NCBI GenBank assembly: GCA_964436765.1
Contig: CAYTEH010000002.1
Coordinates: 9,238 to 73,237 of the forward strand
Source of the DNA: an uncultured Candidatus Peribacteria bacterium
GTDB taxonomy: Bacteria > Patescibacteriota > Gracilibacteria > Peribacterales > Peribacteraceae
Direction of reading: 5' to 3'
Length of the DNA stretch: 64,000 nt
Within the stretch, counting starts at the first letter, position 1. Every line of letters starts with the position of its first letter. A program made the position numbers and the translations under genes. Below the pieces are notes generated by a model. The model saw only the letters and a program-made list of their open reading frames with translations. It searched no databases and was not told the origin of the DNA. This document shows positions 25,558 to 34,615 of the stretch, piece by piece.

Positions 25558-26499
25558 ATGTCACCATCTTCCTCCCGGGCGCCGGCGCTGCCGTCGCTCA
25601 TTGCATCGCTGGCAGCAGACATCCGTGTGCAGTGGCGCGAATTATGTGTTGTCGCTTGCCTGCTGACGATACTCCTTTCATCCGTGACGGTTCTGCGCGG
25701 GCAATTGCACGGCCTCGATGATGCCCGCAGGATCGACAGTGCAGCCATGGAACGGGACATCAGTCGCCTCGATGAGCTCGAGAAGCGCTATCGCGGGGGT
25801 GATGTGGCGCTTGCTCCAGACATTGAGAAGCTGCAGGGGGACATCGCATTGCGCCTGCGTGCCATTGCGGGAGAAGCGGGGCCACCCGACATCGAGGCCG
25901 TCGCGCGCGTCCTGTTGTCGTATGCGTTGTCGTTCCTGATTCTCCTCACGGGTTTTGTGTGGGCGATGGCGCGCATGGTGGGAACTCACGCGCTCAGTTG
26001 GCGGACCGTCGCCGAGAAAGTGACGCAGGAGTTCCTGCCGCAGACATTGCTGCTGTGCGTGCTTGGGATTTTGACGGGTGTCTGGATTCCGCTGGCGGCC
26101 GTACTGCGCGTGCGTATCTACCCAACGCAACTGTCGGCAGACCTGGCAAGTATCCAGGTATGGCTGCTCTTTTGCGGCTATCTTGCGATTGTCGTGCTGG
26201 CGCCGCGTCTGATACTTGCCCCCCTCATCCGCTTCCGTGAGCCCATGCCGGCGGGGGATGCGTTGCGTGGGAGCGTCGCGGCCACGCGGGGGTACTGGGA
26301 AAAGATGCTCGGGAATCTGGTCTTCGTCGCGTGCACGGTGCTCGTGGTCGCCTTCGCGGTACGCAATGCATTTCTCTTCTTCCTCTCACCGTTTCTGTTG
26401 CCCGTCGTGGCATCGTTCTTTTGGGTGACGGGTGCGATGCTGATGGGGGGATTTCTTGTGAAATTGGGGGATGCCATTCTTGCTAGTCAGGGTGAGTAG
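25558..26499 (+). CDS. Multi-TM membrane protein, orphan family (paralog 2)
   Basis: Block AATRGYWEKMLGNLVFV sits in the same relative position as in paralog 1. The gene is tandem to it, 12 nt downstream. Confidence 0.7.
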   Translation: MSPSSSRAPALPSLIASLAADIRVQWRELCVVACLLTILLSSVTVLRGQLHGLDDARRIDSAAMERDISRLDELEKRYRGGDVALAPDIEKLQGDIALRLRAIAGEAGPPDIEAVARVLLSYALSFLILLTGFVWAMARMVGTHALSWRTVAEKVTQEFLPQTLLLCVLGILTGVWIPLAAVLRVRIYPTQLSADLASIQVWLLFCGYLAIVVLAPRLILAPLIRFREPMPAGDALRGSVAATRGYWEKMLGNLVFVACTVLVVAFAVRNAFLFFLSPFLLPVVASFFWVTGAMLMGGFLVKLGDAILASQGE

Positions 26500-26531
26500 G
26501 AATACTCATCTCTCTTTTGATGCCCTCACCC

Positions 26532-26575
26532 GGCCGCGCGACGCGGCCACCCTCTCCCACTGAAACAGGAGAGGG
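26532..26575. repeat. Two family A hairpins (ggccgcg-cga-cgcggcc; ccctctcc-N10-ggagaggg)
   Basis: Read directly, in a convergent intergenic region. Confidence 0.65.
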
Positions 26576-26598
26576 AAGAAGCGCGCATCTGCTTTGCA

Positions 26599-27384
26599 TT
26601 ATTTCTTCAACGAGGCCAGCCCTTCGAGCGCCTTGAGAGCCTCGACCGGAACCATCCAGACGGTGGTGTTGCTCTGATCCGAGCTGATGTCGTTGATGCT
26701 CTGGAGCGTACGCAGGTGGAGCGCTCCCGGGGTCGCAGCGAGCATCGCGGCGGCCTTCGCGACGTTCTCGGAGGCGGCCAGCTCGCCTTCGGAGCTGATA
26801 ATCACCGACTGCTTCTCGCGCTGCGCTTCCGCGACCTTGGCGATCGTCCGCTTGAGAGATTCCGGCAGGACGATGTCTTTGAGCTCCACCGATTGCACGT
26901 CGATGCCCCATTCCTCGGATGTCTTATCCACCACCAGCCGGATGCGCTGGCTCACATCCGCTTTTTTGGCCAAAAGCTCATCGAGTGTCACTTCGCCCAC
27001 GGCGTTGCGCATGGTCGTCTGCGCAAGCTGGCCCACCGCGTACATGAAGTTCTCCACCGCGATCACGGCTTTGGCGGCATCGCTCACACGAAAGTAGATG
27101 ACGGCGTTGATGCGGATGGGGATGTTATCCTTCGTGATGGCTTCCTGGTCGGGCACGTCCACTGCCTTCACGCGGATATCGACCTTCACCAGTTTCTGGA
27201 ACACGGGGATGAGCAGGTGCCATCCCGGGTCCCACATCCGCTTGTACTTTCCCATCGTGAACACGATTCCGCGCTCGTACTGGTCGATCTGGCGGATCCA
27301 GCTGAAGAGGAACACGAGGACGACGATGATAGCGGGGATGAGGAGAGGCATGAGAGAAGTATAAACCTGAAGATCGAAGATCAA
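26599..27384 (-). CDS. SPFH/band-7 (stomatin/slipin-like) membrane protein
   Basis: N-terminal TM helix followed by QYERGIVFTMGKY...PGWHLLIPVFQKLVKVD.R....DVP.QEAITKDN..I..NAVIYFRV.D...A. The start could also be ATG 27351. Confidence 0.9.
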   Translation of the reverse strand: MIFDLQVYTSLMPLLIPAIIVVLVFLFSWIRQIDQYERGIVFTMGKYKRMWDPGWHLLIPVFQKLVKVDIRVKAVDVPDQEAITKDNIPIRINAVIYFRVSDAAKAVIAVENFMYAVGQLAQTTMRNAVGEVTLDELLAKKADVSQRIRLVVDKTSEEWGIDVQSVELKDIVLPESLKRTIAKVAEAQREKQSVIISSEGELAASENVAKAAAMLAATPGALHLRTLQSINDISSDQSNTTVWMVPVEALKALEGLASLKK

Positions 27385-27399
27385 AGATCAAAATGTTCT

Positions 27400-28101
27400 T
27401 TATTTACTGAGTCTTGACGCTGTTTTGACAATCGTGAGGAACTCGTCCGGCTTGAGCGAGGCGCCGCCGATAAGTCCTCCATCGATATCGGTCTGTTTCA
27501 GGAGCTCTTCGCAATTCTTCGCGTTCATGGAACCGCCGTAGAGGATCCGGATTTTTTTGTCGGGAAGAATCGACCGGATGAACGCGTGCATCTCCTGCGC
27601 CTGTGCCGGCGTCGCCGTCTGGCCCGAGCCGATGGCCCACACGGGCTCGTATGCGATGATGATGCCCGACGGGCTACCTTTCAGTTGCGCCTCCACCACC
27701 TGCTTCTCTTTCCCCGCGGCCCGTTCTTCAATTTTTTCACCGATGCACAGGATCGGTTTCAGGCCCGCCGCCAGAGCGGCGTTCACCTGCTCGAGGACAT
27801 CCTCGACCGTTTCGCCATGGTGCTCGCGCCGTTCGGAATGTCCGCACAGGACATGGGTGCATCCGAGTCGTGTGAGCTCGTCCATGGTCACATCGCCGGT
27901 CTGCCCCTCTTTTCGCCGTCCATAGCCCACCTGTGCACCAGTTTGGAGTCCTGCGTCAATGGTCGTACGGATATCCACGGACATGGGAAACACAATGATC
28001 TCCGCGTCGGGATGGGGACGGTAGGGCGAATCGGAGGCATTAAACCCATCCGGGGCGAAGTTTGCCTTCCAGTTACCCGCGATGAGATACCGTTTGGCCA
28101 T
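27400..28101 (-). CDS. tpiA: Triosephosphate isomerase
   Basis: IAGNWKAN, CGHSERREHHGE, AYEPVWAIGSGQTATP, YGGSMNAKN motifs. ATG 28101 lies inside ORF 27400..28371. Confidence 0.9.
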   Translation of the reverse strand: MAKRYLIAGNWKANFAPDGFNASDSPYRPHPDAEIIVFPMSVDIRTTIDAGLQTGAQVGYGRRKEGQTGDVTMDELTRLGCTHVLCGHSERREHHGETVEDVLEQVNAALAAGLKPILCIGEKIEERAAGKEKQVVEAQLKGSPSGIIIAYEPVWAIGSGQTATPAQAQEMHAFIRSILPDKKIRILYGGSMNAKNCEELLKQTDIDGGLIGGASLKPDEFLTIVKTASRLSK

Positions 28102-28138
28102 ACGCGCGCAGAATACACGCAGGAGACATTCTTGGTAT

Positions 28139-28167
28139 TTGCATAAAATGCAAAAATATAGTACAAT
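28139..28167 (+). promoter_or_regulatory. Putative sigma70-type promoter TTGCAT-17nt-TACAAT
   Basis: Counted directly in the AT-rich divergent region between tpiA and the small ORF at 28193. The TTGCAT lies within the palindrome ttgcataaaatgcaa. Confidence 0.4.
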
Positions 28168-28192
28168 ATTGTCAATACTTCCCCACACCCAC

Positions 28193-28423
28193 ATGCACAA
28201 GCATTTCCGTGTTGATGTCCTCACCGCCGGTTTCGTCGCTGCGCTCGTGATGGCCACGTCCTCCGGCGTCATTTCCGAGGTTGCCACCCAGGCACAGGCC
28301 GCGATCAACCTGGGCCGCGCCCGGAGCGTGCTCTCGGCTCCCCGCTCCTTCGAGCAGGGCACCGTTCGCACGAGTCCGTCGAACCGAGGCGTGACCTCCC
28401 CGCGCCCAACGCGTCATCCGTAG
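28193..28423 (+). CDS. Possible small secreted/membrane-anchored protein (76 aa)
   Basis: MHKHFRVDVLTAGFVAALVMATSSGV is signal-like. Third-position GC is high, and a promoter-like element lies 26 nt upstream. Confidence 0.45.
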   Translation: MHKHFRVDVLTAGFVAALVMATSSGVISEVATQAQAAINLGRARSVLSAPRSFEQGTVRTSPSNRGVTSPRPTRHP

Positions 28424-28476
28424 TCCTCATTCGGTCCGCCCGAGTCGCGCCACACGTATCCGACGCTGCGGCGTCA

Positions 28477-28498
28477 CCTTCTCCCTGCAGGGAGAAGG
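28477..28498. repeat. Family A hairpin (ccttctccc-tgca-gggagaagg)
   Basis: 9-bp perfect stem read directly, just upstream of rpiB. Confidence 0.7.
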
Positions 28499-28521
28499 AG
28501 TGATCTGCTATTATTTGCTGC

Positions 28522-28974
28522 GTGAAGTCATCTTTTTCCACCACCCGGCGCGTCGTGCTTGCGGCTGACCATGCCGGGTATCCGCTGAAGGAAGAGATCA
28601 AGAAGCATCTTTCCTCACTGGGTATCGACGTGATCGACGAAGGCACGTTCTCCACGGATCCCGTGGATTACCCCGCGTACATGCGCAAGGCCTGTGCAGT
28701 GGTCCTGGAGCAGAAGATCCCGGGGATCATTTTCGGGGGGAGCGGCAACGGCGAGGCGATGGCTGCGAACAAAGTCCCGGGCATCCGCGCGGCATTGTGT
28801 TACTCGAAAGAGACGGCCGAGCTCGCACGCAAGCATAACGATGCGAATGTCATGAGTCTTGGCGCGCGGCTGACGAAGCCGGAGCTCGCCAAAGAGCTCG
28901 TCGATATTTTCCTCAAGACGGAATTTGAAGGGGGGAGGCACATCGAACGAATCAACGACTTGGAGCCGGCATAG
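28522..28974 (+). CDS. rpiB: Ribose-5-phosphate isomerase B (RpiB/LacA/LacB family)
   Basis: GTG start. VVLAADHAGYPLKEEI...GIIFGGSGNGEAMAANKVPGIRAALC......A...R.HNDANV.SLGAR. Confidence 0.9.
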   Translation: MKSSFSTTRRVVLAADHAGYPLKEEIKKHLSSLGIDVIDEGTFSTDPVDYPAYMRKACAVVLEQKIPGIIFGGSGNGEAMAANKVPGIRAALCYSKETAELARKHNDANVMSLGARLTKPELAKELVDIFLKTEFEGGRHIERINDLEPA

Positions 28975-28979
28975 GAGCG

Positions 28980-29060
28980 TACTTTCTTTGTCCGGCGATA
29001 CCCGGCCCCAAGCCAAACACGTCGCGTGTTCTGGCTTGGGCCGCTATCCCTGTGGGACAA
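28980..29060. repeat. 81-nt extended hairpin (15-bp outer stem gtactttctttgtcc/ggacaaagaaagtac enclosing cccaagcca..tggcttggg)
   Basis: Read directly. Three more GC hairpins follow up to about 29240. Confidence 0.55.
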
Positions 29061-29316
29061 AGAAAGTACCAAAGAAAGCGCCGCCCCCGCCAAAGCCTAT
29101 CCGCCCGGCTCCGGATCTCCATCGCAGGGCCTCCAAGGCTTCGGCCCTGCTCCGTCGATCACGCCCGCACCTTGCAGCAAGGTGCGGGGCGGAGCCTTCC
29201 GCAACACCCCCCGTGGCGGGGGCATCCACCCCCTGAAGGAAATCAAGACAACAGATACGAGCTGCTGTGCAGTATATTTTTTCGACAGGCCTGATTCGGG
29301 TCAGTAGTGTTGATCC

Positions 29317-30234
29317 ATGGAAATATTCCTGACGCTCATGATCAAGTTGATCCCGCTCTACGCCGTGATCGCGCTGGGGTGGGTGGCGGGGCGGGTGCTG
29401 AATGTCCAGAAAGAATCGGTGGCACGGCTGCTCATCTACATACTCAGCCCCGCCGTGGTGTTCCACGGCATTCTCACGATCCCGTTTCGGCCTACACTGC
29501 TCCTGCTGCCGGTGGTGTTCTGGGTCGTCAGCGTCGGGCTTTGTTTCACCTTCTATGCACTGGGCTCGCTCCGGTGGCATGACGCGCACAGGAACATTCT
29601 CGCGTTCACGTCGGGCACAGGGAACACCGGATATTTCGGCCTGCCCGTCGCCATAGTGCTCTTCGGGCAGCAGAGCGTGGGGTTGATGGTGCTGGCGGGT
29701 TTCGGCGCCGTGTTGTTCGAAGTGACGGTCGGCTTCTTCATGGTCGCGCGCGGTCACCATACGGTGGGCGAAAGCGTGCGGCGGGTTCTCACGCTCCCAT
29801 CGCTCTACGCGAGCATCGCGGGTGTACTGGGGAACATCGTGGGCCTGCAACTTGGAGGGCCCGTGGCCGACATGTTCGTGAGCGCCCGCGGCGCCTTCAC
29901 CATCCTCGGCTCTCTCGTCGTGGGTCTGGGGCTCGCCAGCAGCAAGAAGATCAAGGTTGACTGGGTATTCACATCCCTTGCCTTCGCGGCCAAATTTCTG
30001 GCCTGGCCGCTCATCATGTTCACCGTGGTGTGGCTCGACGCGTCTTTCATCCATCTGTTCGGTGCCGAGGTTCATAACATCATGAAGCTCCTCTCGATCG
30101 TCCCGCTCGCCGCAAACACAGTCGCGTACGCCACCGAGCTTCGCACCGAACCCGAAAAGGCCGCGACGACCGTGTTCCTCTCAACCATCTTCGCGCTGTT
30201 CTACATTCCGCTGATGGTGACACTGTTCTTTTGA
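29317..30234 (+). CDS. AEC (auxin efflux carrier) family transporter
   Basis: 305 aa, about 10 TM helices. The N-terminus LIPLYAVIALGWVAGR and the overall layout are typical of AEC/malate-permease-type proteins. Confidence 0.8.
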   Translation: MEIFLTLMIKLIPLYAVIALGWVAGRVLNVQKESVARLLIYILSPAVVFHGILTIPFRPTLLLLPVVFWVVSVGLCFTFYALGSLRWHDAHRNILAFTSGTGNTGYFGLPVAIVLFGQQSVGLMVLAGFGAVLFEVTVGFFMVARGHHTVGESVRRVLTLPSLYASIAGVLGNIVGLQLGGPVADMFVSARGAFTILGSLVVGLGLASSKKIKVDWVFTSLAFAAKFLAWPLIMFTVVWLDASFIHLFGAEVHNIMKLLSIVPLAANTVAYATELRTEPEKAATTVFLSTIFALFYIPLMVTLFF

Positions 30235-30299
30235 GAGTGCTGCGTGTCGAAGGCTCGCTCTGTGGGGTTTGAATGTGATGTCATGTTTTTTGATGCAGT

Positions 30300-30342
30300 C
30301 CCTCGATACGAAAATGCTCCGCATTTTCTCCTCGGGATGACA
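30300..30342. repeat. Family B repeat unit
   Basis: ccctcgatacg-aaaatg-ctccg-catttt-ctcctcgggatgaca. It has the same block order as 19868-19911, with a local hairpin around the CTCCG loop. Confidence 0.7.
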
Positions 30343-30352
30343 GGCGTACCAT

Positions 30353-30997
30353 ATGCGCATGTCCCGTTCCGTCCTCATCACCCCCTCCATCCTCTCGGCC
30401 GATCTCGCGCATCTGCAGGACGAGGTGGATTCCGTCAGTTCCGCCGACTGGATCCAGGTCGACGTGATGGACGGTCATTTCGTGCCGAACCTGAGTTTCG
30501 GCGCACCGGTGATGAAATGCATCAAGACCAGGCTCCCGCTCGATGTGCATTTGATGGTCAGCAATCCGGCGGAGCGCATCGCGGAATTTCTCGATGCCGG
30601 CGCCGCGAACATCACGTTCCACGCCGAGGCCGTCACCAAAACGAAAGACCGCAAAGCCGTGATCGCCGCGATTCACCAGAACGCGACTGCGGGCATCGCC
30701 ATCAACCCGGCAACCCCCGTATCCGCGATCGACGATATCGTCGATGAAGTGGATCTTGTTCTCGTCATGTCCGTCGTCCCGGGCTTCAGCGGACAGGCGT
30801 TCATGCCCGAGGTGCTCAAGAAAGTTCGCTCGCTCCGCGAGAAGCATCCGCGCCTGATGATCCAGATGGACGGCGGCATCACTGCCGGCAACGCCAGAGA
30901 GTGCATCGAGGCAGGTGCCACGAATCTGGTGGCGGCAAGTTACATCTTTTCGGCTCCAGACAGGGCAGAAGCCATTTCCACACTTCGCGCACCATGA
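30353..30997 (+). CDS. rpe: Ribulose-phosphate 3-epimerase
   Basis: ITPSILSADLAHL...QVDVMDGHFVPNLSFG...DVHLMV..P...I.....AGA..ITFH.EA...VMSV.PGFSGQ.F......K. Confidence 0.9.
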   Translation: MRMSRSVLITPSILSADLAHLQDEVDSVSSADWIQVDVMDGHFVPNLSFGAPVMKCIKTRLPLDVHLMVSNPAERIAEFLDAGAANITFHAEAVTKTKDRKAVIAAIHQNATAGIAINPATPVSAIDDIVDEVDLVLVMSVVPGFSGQAFMPEVLKKVRSLREKHPRLMIQMDGGITAGNARECIEAGATNLVAASYIFSAPDRAEAISTLRAP

Positions 30998-31506
30998 AGA
31001 AGCCCATCATGCTCATCGGTCTCGTGTGCTTCCTTGCGGCATGCACGCCCTCGTCGCAGCCCCTCATGCCACCCGAGAACCCCGAGGCATTGTCGTCTGA
31101 GCCGGCATTAAGCCCCATGACGTTTGAAACCATGCCGCTGGAGCTCGCCTCGCCCGATGGTCGCTCTCTGGAGCTGACCGTGGAAATAGCCCAGAGCCCG
31201 GCGGAGCGGGAGCGGGGTCTCATGGGCCGCAGGACGCTTGATGATGGTACGGGCATGCTCTTTGCGTTCGATGCCGAGCAGAACCTGAACTTCTGGATGA
31301 AGAACACGCTCATCCCGCTCGATATCGTGTTCTTCGATGCTGCGGGCGAGTTCGTCTCGGCATCCTCGATGCTGCCGTGCAGGGCCGACCCGTGTCCGCT
31401 CTATTCTTCCGTGGAGCCGGCCGAGTGGGCTCTGGAAGTTCCGGCGGGCTTCATCGCGCAGAATGGAGTGGGGGAGGGGTGGAGGTTGGTGTTTGGCGAT
31501 GAGTAA
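30994..31506 (+). CDS. DUF192-like lipoprotein
   Basis: Lipobox LAAC. ERERGLMGRRTLDDGTGMLFAFD....FWMKNTLIPLDIVFFD is the DUF192 signature. ATGA overlap with the rpe stop. Confidence 0.75.
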   Translation: MKKPIMLIGLVCFLAACTPSSQPLMPPENPEALSSEPALSPMTFETMPLELASPDGRSLELTVEIAQSPAERERGLMGRRTLDDGTGMLFAFDAEQNLNFWMKNTLIPLDIVFFDAAGEFVSASSMLPCRADPCPLYSSVEPAEWALEVPAGFIAQNGVGEGWRLVFGDE

Positions 31507-31582
31507 GTGTGGAGGGAGTGGTCGATTTGCTGCGAATCTGTAAAAGGCAGCAATCACTTTCAGCGTACGACGAATTATAAGG

Positions 31583-31604
31583 CCCTCTCCCCTTGGGGAG
31601 AGGG
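31583..31604. repeat. Family A hairpin (ccctctcccc-tt-ggggagaggg)
   Basis: Near-perfect 22-nt palindrome read directly. It is followed by gccgctatccctg, a 13-mer also present at 29033. Confidence 0.7.
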
Positions 31605-31663
31605 AACGCCGCTATCCCTGGCCACAAACGGACGTTCTGAGTGAGGGTAGAACGCCCTGGGTT

Positions 31664-32635
31664 TTACGCGGCATAGGACTGCAAATTCCGACCGATCCTC
31701 CCCGTCACATCCGCATCCGTGGGTATCTGGAAATCCAGGCCCGTCATCTTCTCGTACAGGCTGATGTACTTGGCGCCGAGCATCGCGCGGACGTCGTCGG
31801 TCACTGCCGGGCGCGGGCGGCCGTCATCCACGAAGCCTTGTTCTTTGAGCCACAGGCGGAAGAATTCCTTGTCGAGCGATTCGGGCTCCTTGCCTGCGGC
31901 GAAACGTTCTTCGTACGAGGAGGCGACCCAGTAGCGCGAGGAATCGGGCGTGTGGACTTCGTCGCCCACGCGCAGCACGCCTTCGGAGTCGTAGCCGAAC
32001 TCGTACTTGGTATCGACCAGGATGAGGCCGCGCTTGGCCGCCACCTCCTGGCCGCGTCTGAACAGCGCGAATGCGTACTCCTTCACGCGGTCGATTTCCG
32101 CCCGGTTCGTGGCGCCCATGGCGATGAGCTCCTCCGGGCTCGCCGAGACGTCGTGTCCGGTCTCGGGCTTGGTTGACGGGGTGAAGATGATGTCCTTCAG
32201 CTTCTGGTTCTTCTTCATGCCGTCGGGGAGGGGATTGCCGCAAAAATTCCGGTTGCCCTGCTCGTAATTGACCCAGGCGGAGGTCGAGGTCGAGCCAGTG
32301 AGATACGCCCGCACCACCACTTCCACTTTGAGCATCCTGAGTTTTTTCGCGACCGTCACATTCGGGTCCGGCGTGGCCACCACGTGGGTGGGCATGACGT
32401 CCTTCACCTGCTCGAACCACCAGTTGCTCAGCTGGTTCAGCACTTGTCCTTTCAGGGGAATCGTGCACCACTGGTAATCGAACGCCGATTGGCGGTCCGT
32501 CGAAATCAGGATCACGCGATCGTTCTTCGTGTACACATCGCGGACTTTCCCTTTGTACTTCTTGCCCAGGAAACCGAAATCGGTGTCATCGAGCGTGGTC
32601 TTGAGGAATGGGGTGAGGGTGGAGGGGGAGATCAT
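31664..32635 (-). CDS. purC: Phosphoribosylaminoimidazole-succinocarboxamide (SAICAR) synthase, long form
   Basis: KGKVRDVY......ILISTDR.SAFD, VVVRAYLTGS, LILVDTKYEFG, GDEVHTPDSSRYW motifs. Confidence 0.9.
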   Translation of the reverse strand: MISPSTLTPFLKTTLDDTDFGFLGKKYKGKVRDVYTKNDRVILISTDRQSAFDYQWCTIPLKGQVLNQLSNWWFEQVKDVMPTHVVATPDPNVTVAKKLRMLKVEVVVRAYLTGSTSTSAWVNYEQGNRNFCGNPLPDGMKKNQKLKDIIFTPSTKPETGHDVSASPEELIAMGATNRAEIDRVKEYAFALFRRGQEVAAKRGLILVDTKYEFGYDSEGVLRVGDEVHTPDSSRYWVASSYEERFAAGKEPESLDKEFFRLWLKEQGFVDDGRPRPAVTDDVRAMLGAKYISLYEKMTGLDFQIPTDADVTGRIGRNLQSYAA

Positions 32636-32826
32636 GAAATGATAGTAGAAGAGAAGGCAATTTTGAGAAAGAACCCTCAGAAAAATAGTTTTTAGTTTAT
32701 TAGTTTCTGGTTATTCGTTTCCAGTATTAACCAAAAACCAGTAAACCAGAAACTAGTAAACAGCGAGCGTCTTGCATCCTTCCCGCCCCGCCCAGTACGA
32801 TACCTTTGTTCTTCCCTCCTCTTTTC

Positions 32827-33282
32827 ATGGATGCCTCCGCACGCACGTCCAAGACGAAGCCGTTGCTCATATTGGTCTCGCTCCTGCTCGCCATTTTCGG
32901 CGCTGTCAGCTTCAGCAATTGGATGTCGGCCCAGCAGCAGCTGGAGCAGGTGTCCATGCGCCTGGACCAGCTGACGGCGGGCGATACGCAGCAGGGCAGG
33001 GAGGCTGCGCAGTTGGTGGTGTCTCAGTTGAGGAAGATCTACGACATTCCCGGCGACATCGAGCCCACGGTCGCCACTATCGTCGACGTCAACACGCTCC
33101 GGCAGCGCAATGCCTTCTACAACAAGGCGAAGAACGGCGATTACCTAGTGGTGACCACCGACCGCGCCATTTTGTTCGATGCCAAGCAGAACGTGATCAT
33201 CGATGTGGTGCCGGTGCAGATCAACCCGGCTGCCGAGACAAATTCGTCACGCGCCGGGCAGGCATCGTCGGTCCGCCGCTGA
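32827..33282 (+). CDS. hypothetical membrane-anchored protein
   Basis: One N-terminal TM helix (PLLILVSLLLAIFGAVSF) followed by a soluble domain. The start could be 32806 or 32827. Confidence 0.55.
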   Translation: MDASARTSKTKPLLILVSLLLAIFGAVSFSNWMSAQQQLEQVSMRLDQLTAGDTQQGREAAQLVVSQLRKIYDIPGDIEPTVATIVDVNTLRQRNAFYNKAKNGDYLVVTTDRAILFDAKQNVIIDVVPVQINPAAETNSSRAGQASSVRR

Positions 33283-33291
33283 TATTCCCAC

Positions 33292-33741
33292 ATGCAGAGC
33301 AGGAGTATTCCGTGGGCATTCCTGGGAGCCCTCTTCCTTGCCCTGGTTCTCGGCTATCTCGCCGGGCGCATGGTGACGTTGCTGTCTTTCCAGTCGTCTC
33401 CGGCCGTCGAGCGGACGGATGAGCGTCCTGCGGTCCCCGTCCTCCACATCGACGGCCGCCAGGGCGAGACGCTCCGCGGGCGCGCATCGGGCGAACTGCG
33501 CATCGAGATCGGCACGCAAGTGATTCCGGCGAAGGATTCCGAGATAACGATCCCGCTCGCGGGGCTGAAGAACGTCGTCACGGTCACGGTCCCGGCCGGG
33601 ATGAAGTACGTCGCGTCCAAAAACGGGAAGTACTACTATCCCGTGGAGTCGGTGGCGGGGGAGAAGATCGTCCCTGCGAATAGGGTCTATTTTGCAAGTG
33701 AGGGCGATGCTGAGGCTGCGGGTTTTGCCGCGGGGCGGTAG
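33292..33741 (+). CDS. hypothetical membrane-anchored protein
   Basis: N-terminal TM helix (WAFLGALFLALVLGYLAG). The C-terminal GKYYYPVESVAGEKIVPANRVYFASEGDAEAAGF resembles Ada-Zn-like 'sunset'-type tails but lacks the cysteines (weak). Confidence 0.55.
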   Translation: MQSRSIPWAFLGALFLALVLGYLAGRMVTLLSFQSSPAVERTDERPAVPVLHIDGRQGETLRGRASGELRIEIGTQVIPAKDSEITIPLAGLKNVVTVTVPAGMKYVASKNGKYYYPVESVAGEKIVPANRVYFASEGDAEAAGFAAGR

Positions 33742-33824
33742 AAAGAGAGAAGAGCAAAGTGAAAAGATAAAAGAGAAAACTACCGATATCATTCGGATTC
33801 CAGACCTGTTTCCACAGCTTTTCT

Positions 33825-34535
33825 CTACAATCGCCCTGTCAACTTCCTCCCGTACAGCACCACCACGGACTTCAACATTTCCGTGCTATCTTTCACCAGG
33901 CGTACTTTCGATTCGGGTACCGCTGTCCATTTCACCTGTACTTCGGCGATTTTGAATTTCCGTGACTGTGCGAGAGCCAGGATCTCGATGTCGCACGCGA
34001 AGCGGTCGATGCGTTGTTTCTTGAAGATCGCCTGCGCCGCTTCCCGGGTAAAGAGCTTGCAGCCGCACGCCGCATCCCTGATGCCGGGGATGAGCGGGTA
34101 GCAGAGCGCGTGGTATACCCTGCCGATGAAGCGCCGGTGCGGGCTCATGTAGACGTCCTTGTTGAGGCGCGAGCCGATGGCGATGTCCGCCTTCCGCTTC
34201 TTCAGCGCCGCGAACAAGTGCCCGATCTCCTCCACCGGGGTGGCCGCGTCGGCGTCGTAGAAGAGCGCGTAGTCTCCCGTTGCCGCAAGCATCCCGGCGC
34301 GCACGGCAGCGCCCTTGCCGCGGTTCCGTTTGAGTTCGATCACCCGGACGGGGAGGCCCTTCTCGGCTTTGGCCAGCGCCACGGTCCTGTCGCGGCTGCC
34401 GTCATCGGCCACGATCACTTCTTTCAGTACCGGCAGGCCGGCCGGTTTGCCTTTGAAGTACCCGGCGAGTTTTTTGAGCGTGGAAGGCAGGCGGTCTTCC
34501 TCGTTAAATGCCGGGATGATGACGGACAATGTCAT
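33825..34535 (-). CDS. GT2 glycosyltransferase, polyprenyl-phosphate sugar synthase type (DPM1/Ppm1/GtrB-like)
   Basis: SVIIPAFNEE..L..TL........EVIVADDGSRD.T........V..I....NRGKGAAVRAGM..A.GDY.LF.DAD is the GT-A DxD layout, with no TM region. Confidence 0.85.
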   Translation of the reverse strand: MTLSVIIPAFNEEDRLPSTLKKLAGYFKGKPAGLPVLKEVIVADDGSRDRTVALAKAEKGLPVRVIELKRNRGKGAAVRAGMLAATGDYALFYDADAATPVEEIGHLFAALKKRKADIAIGSRLNKDVYMSPHRRFIGRVYHALCYPLIPGIRDAACGCKLFTREAAQAIFKKQRIDRFACDIEILALAQSRKFKIAEVQVKWTAVPESKVRLVKDSTEMLKSVVVLYGRKLTGRL

Positions 34536-34615
34536 GAGTGTGGTGGATGATACCTGAGACGGAACGGGCGGGTGAGGAATTGCGGGAGATTCGCGTACGG
34601 GTTATTGTTCTCCCC

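Noticed and set aside
28980-29240. Known structured RNA (SRP RNA, 6S, RNase P, tmRNA, riboswitch)
   Set aside because: I could not find the conserved motifs of any of these classes. It is kept as an unclassified structured spacer.
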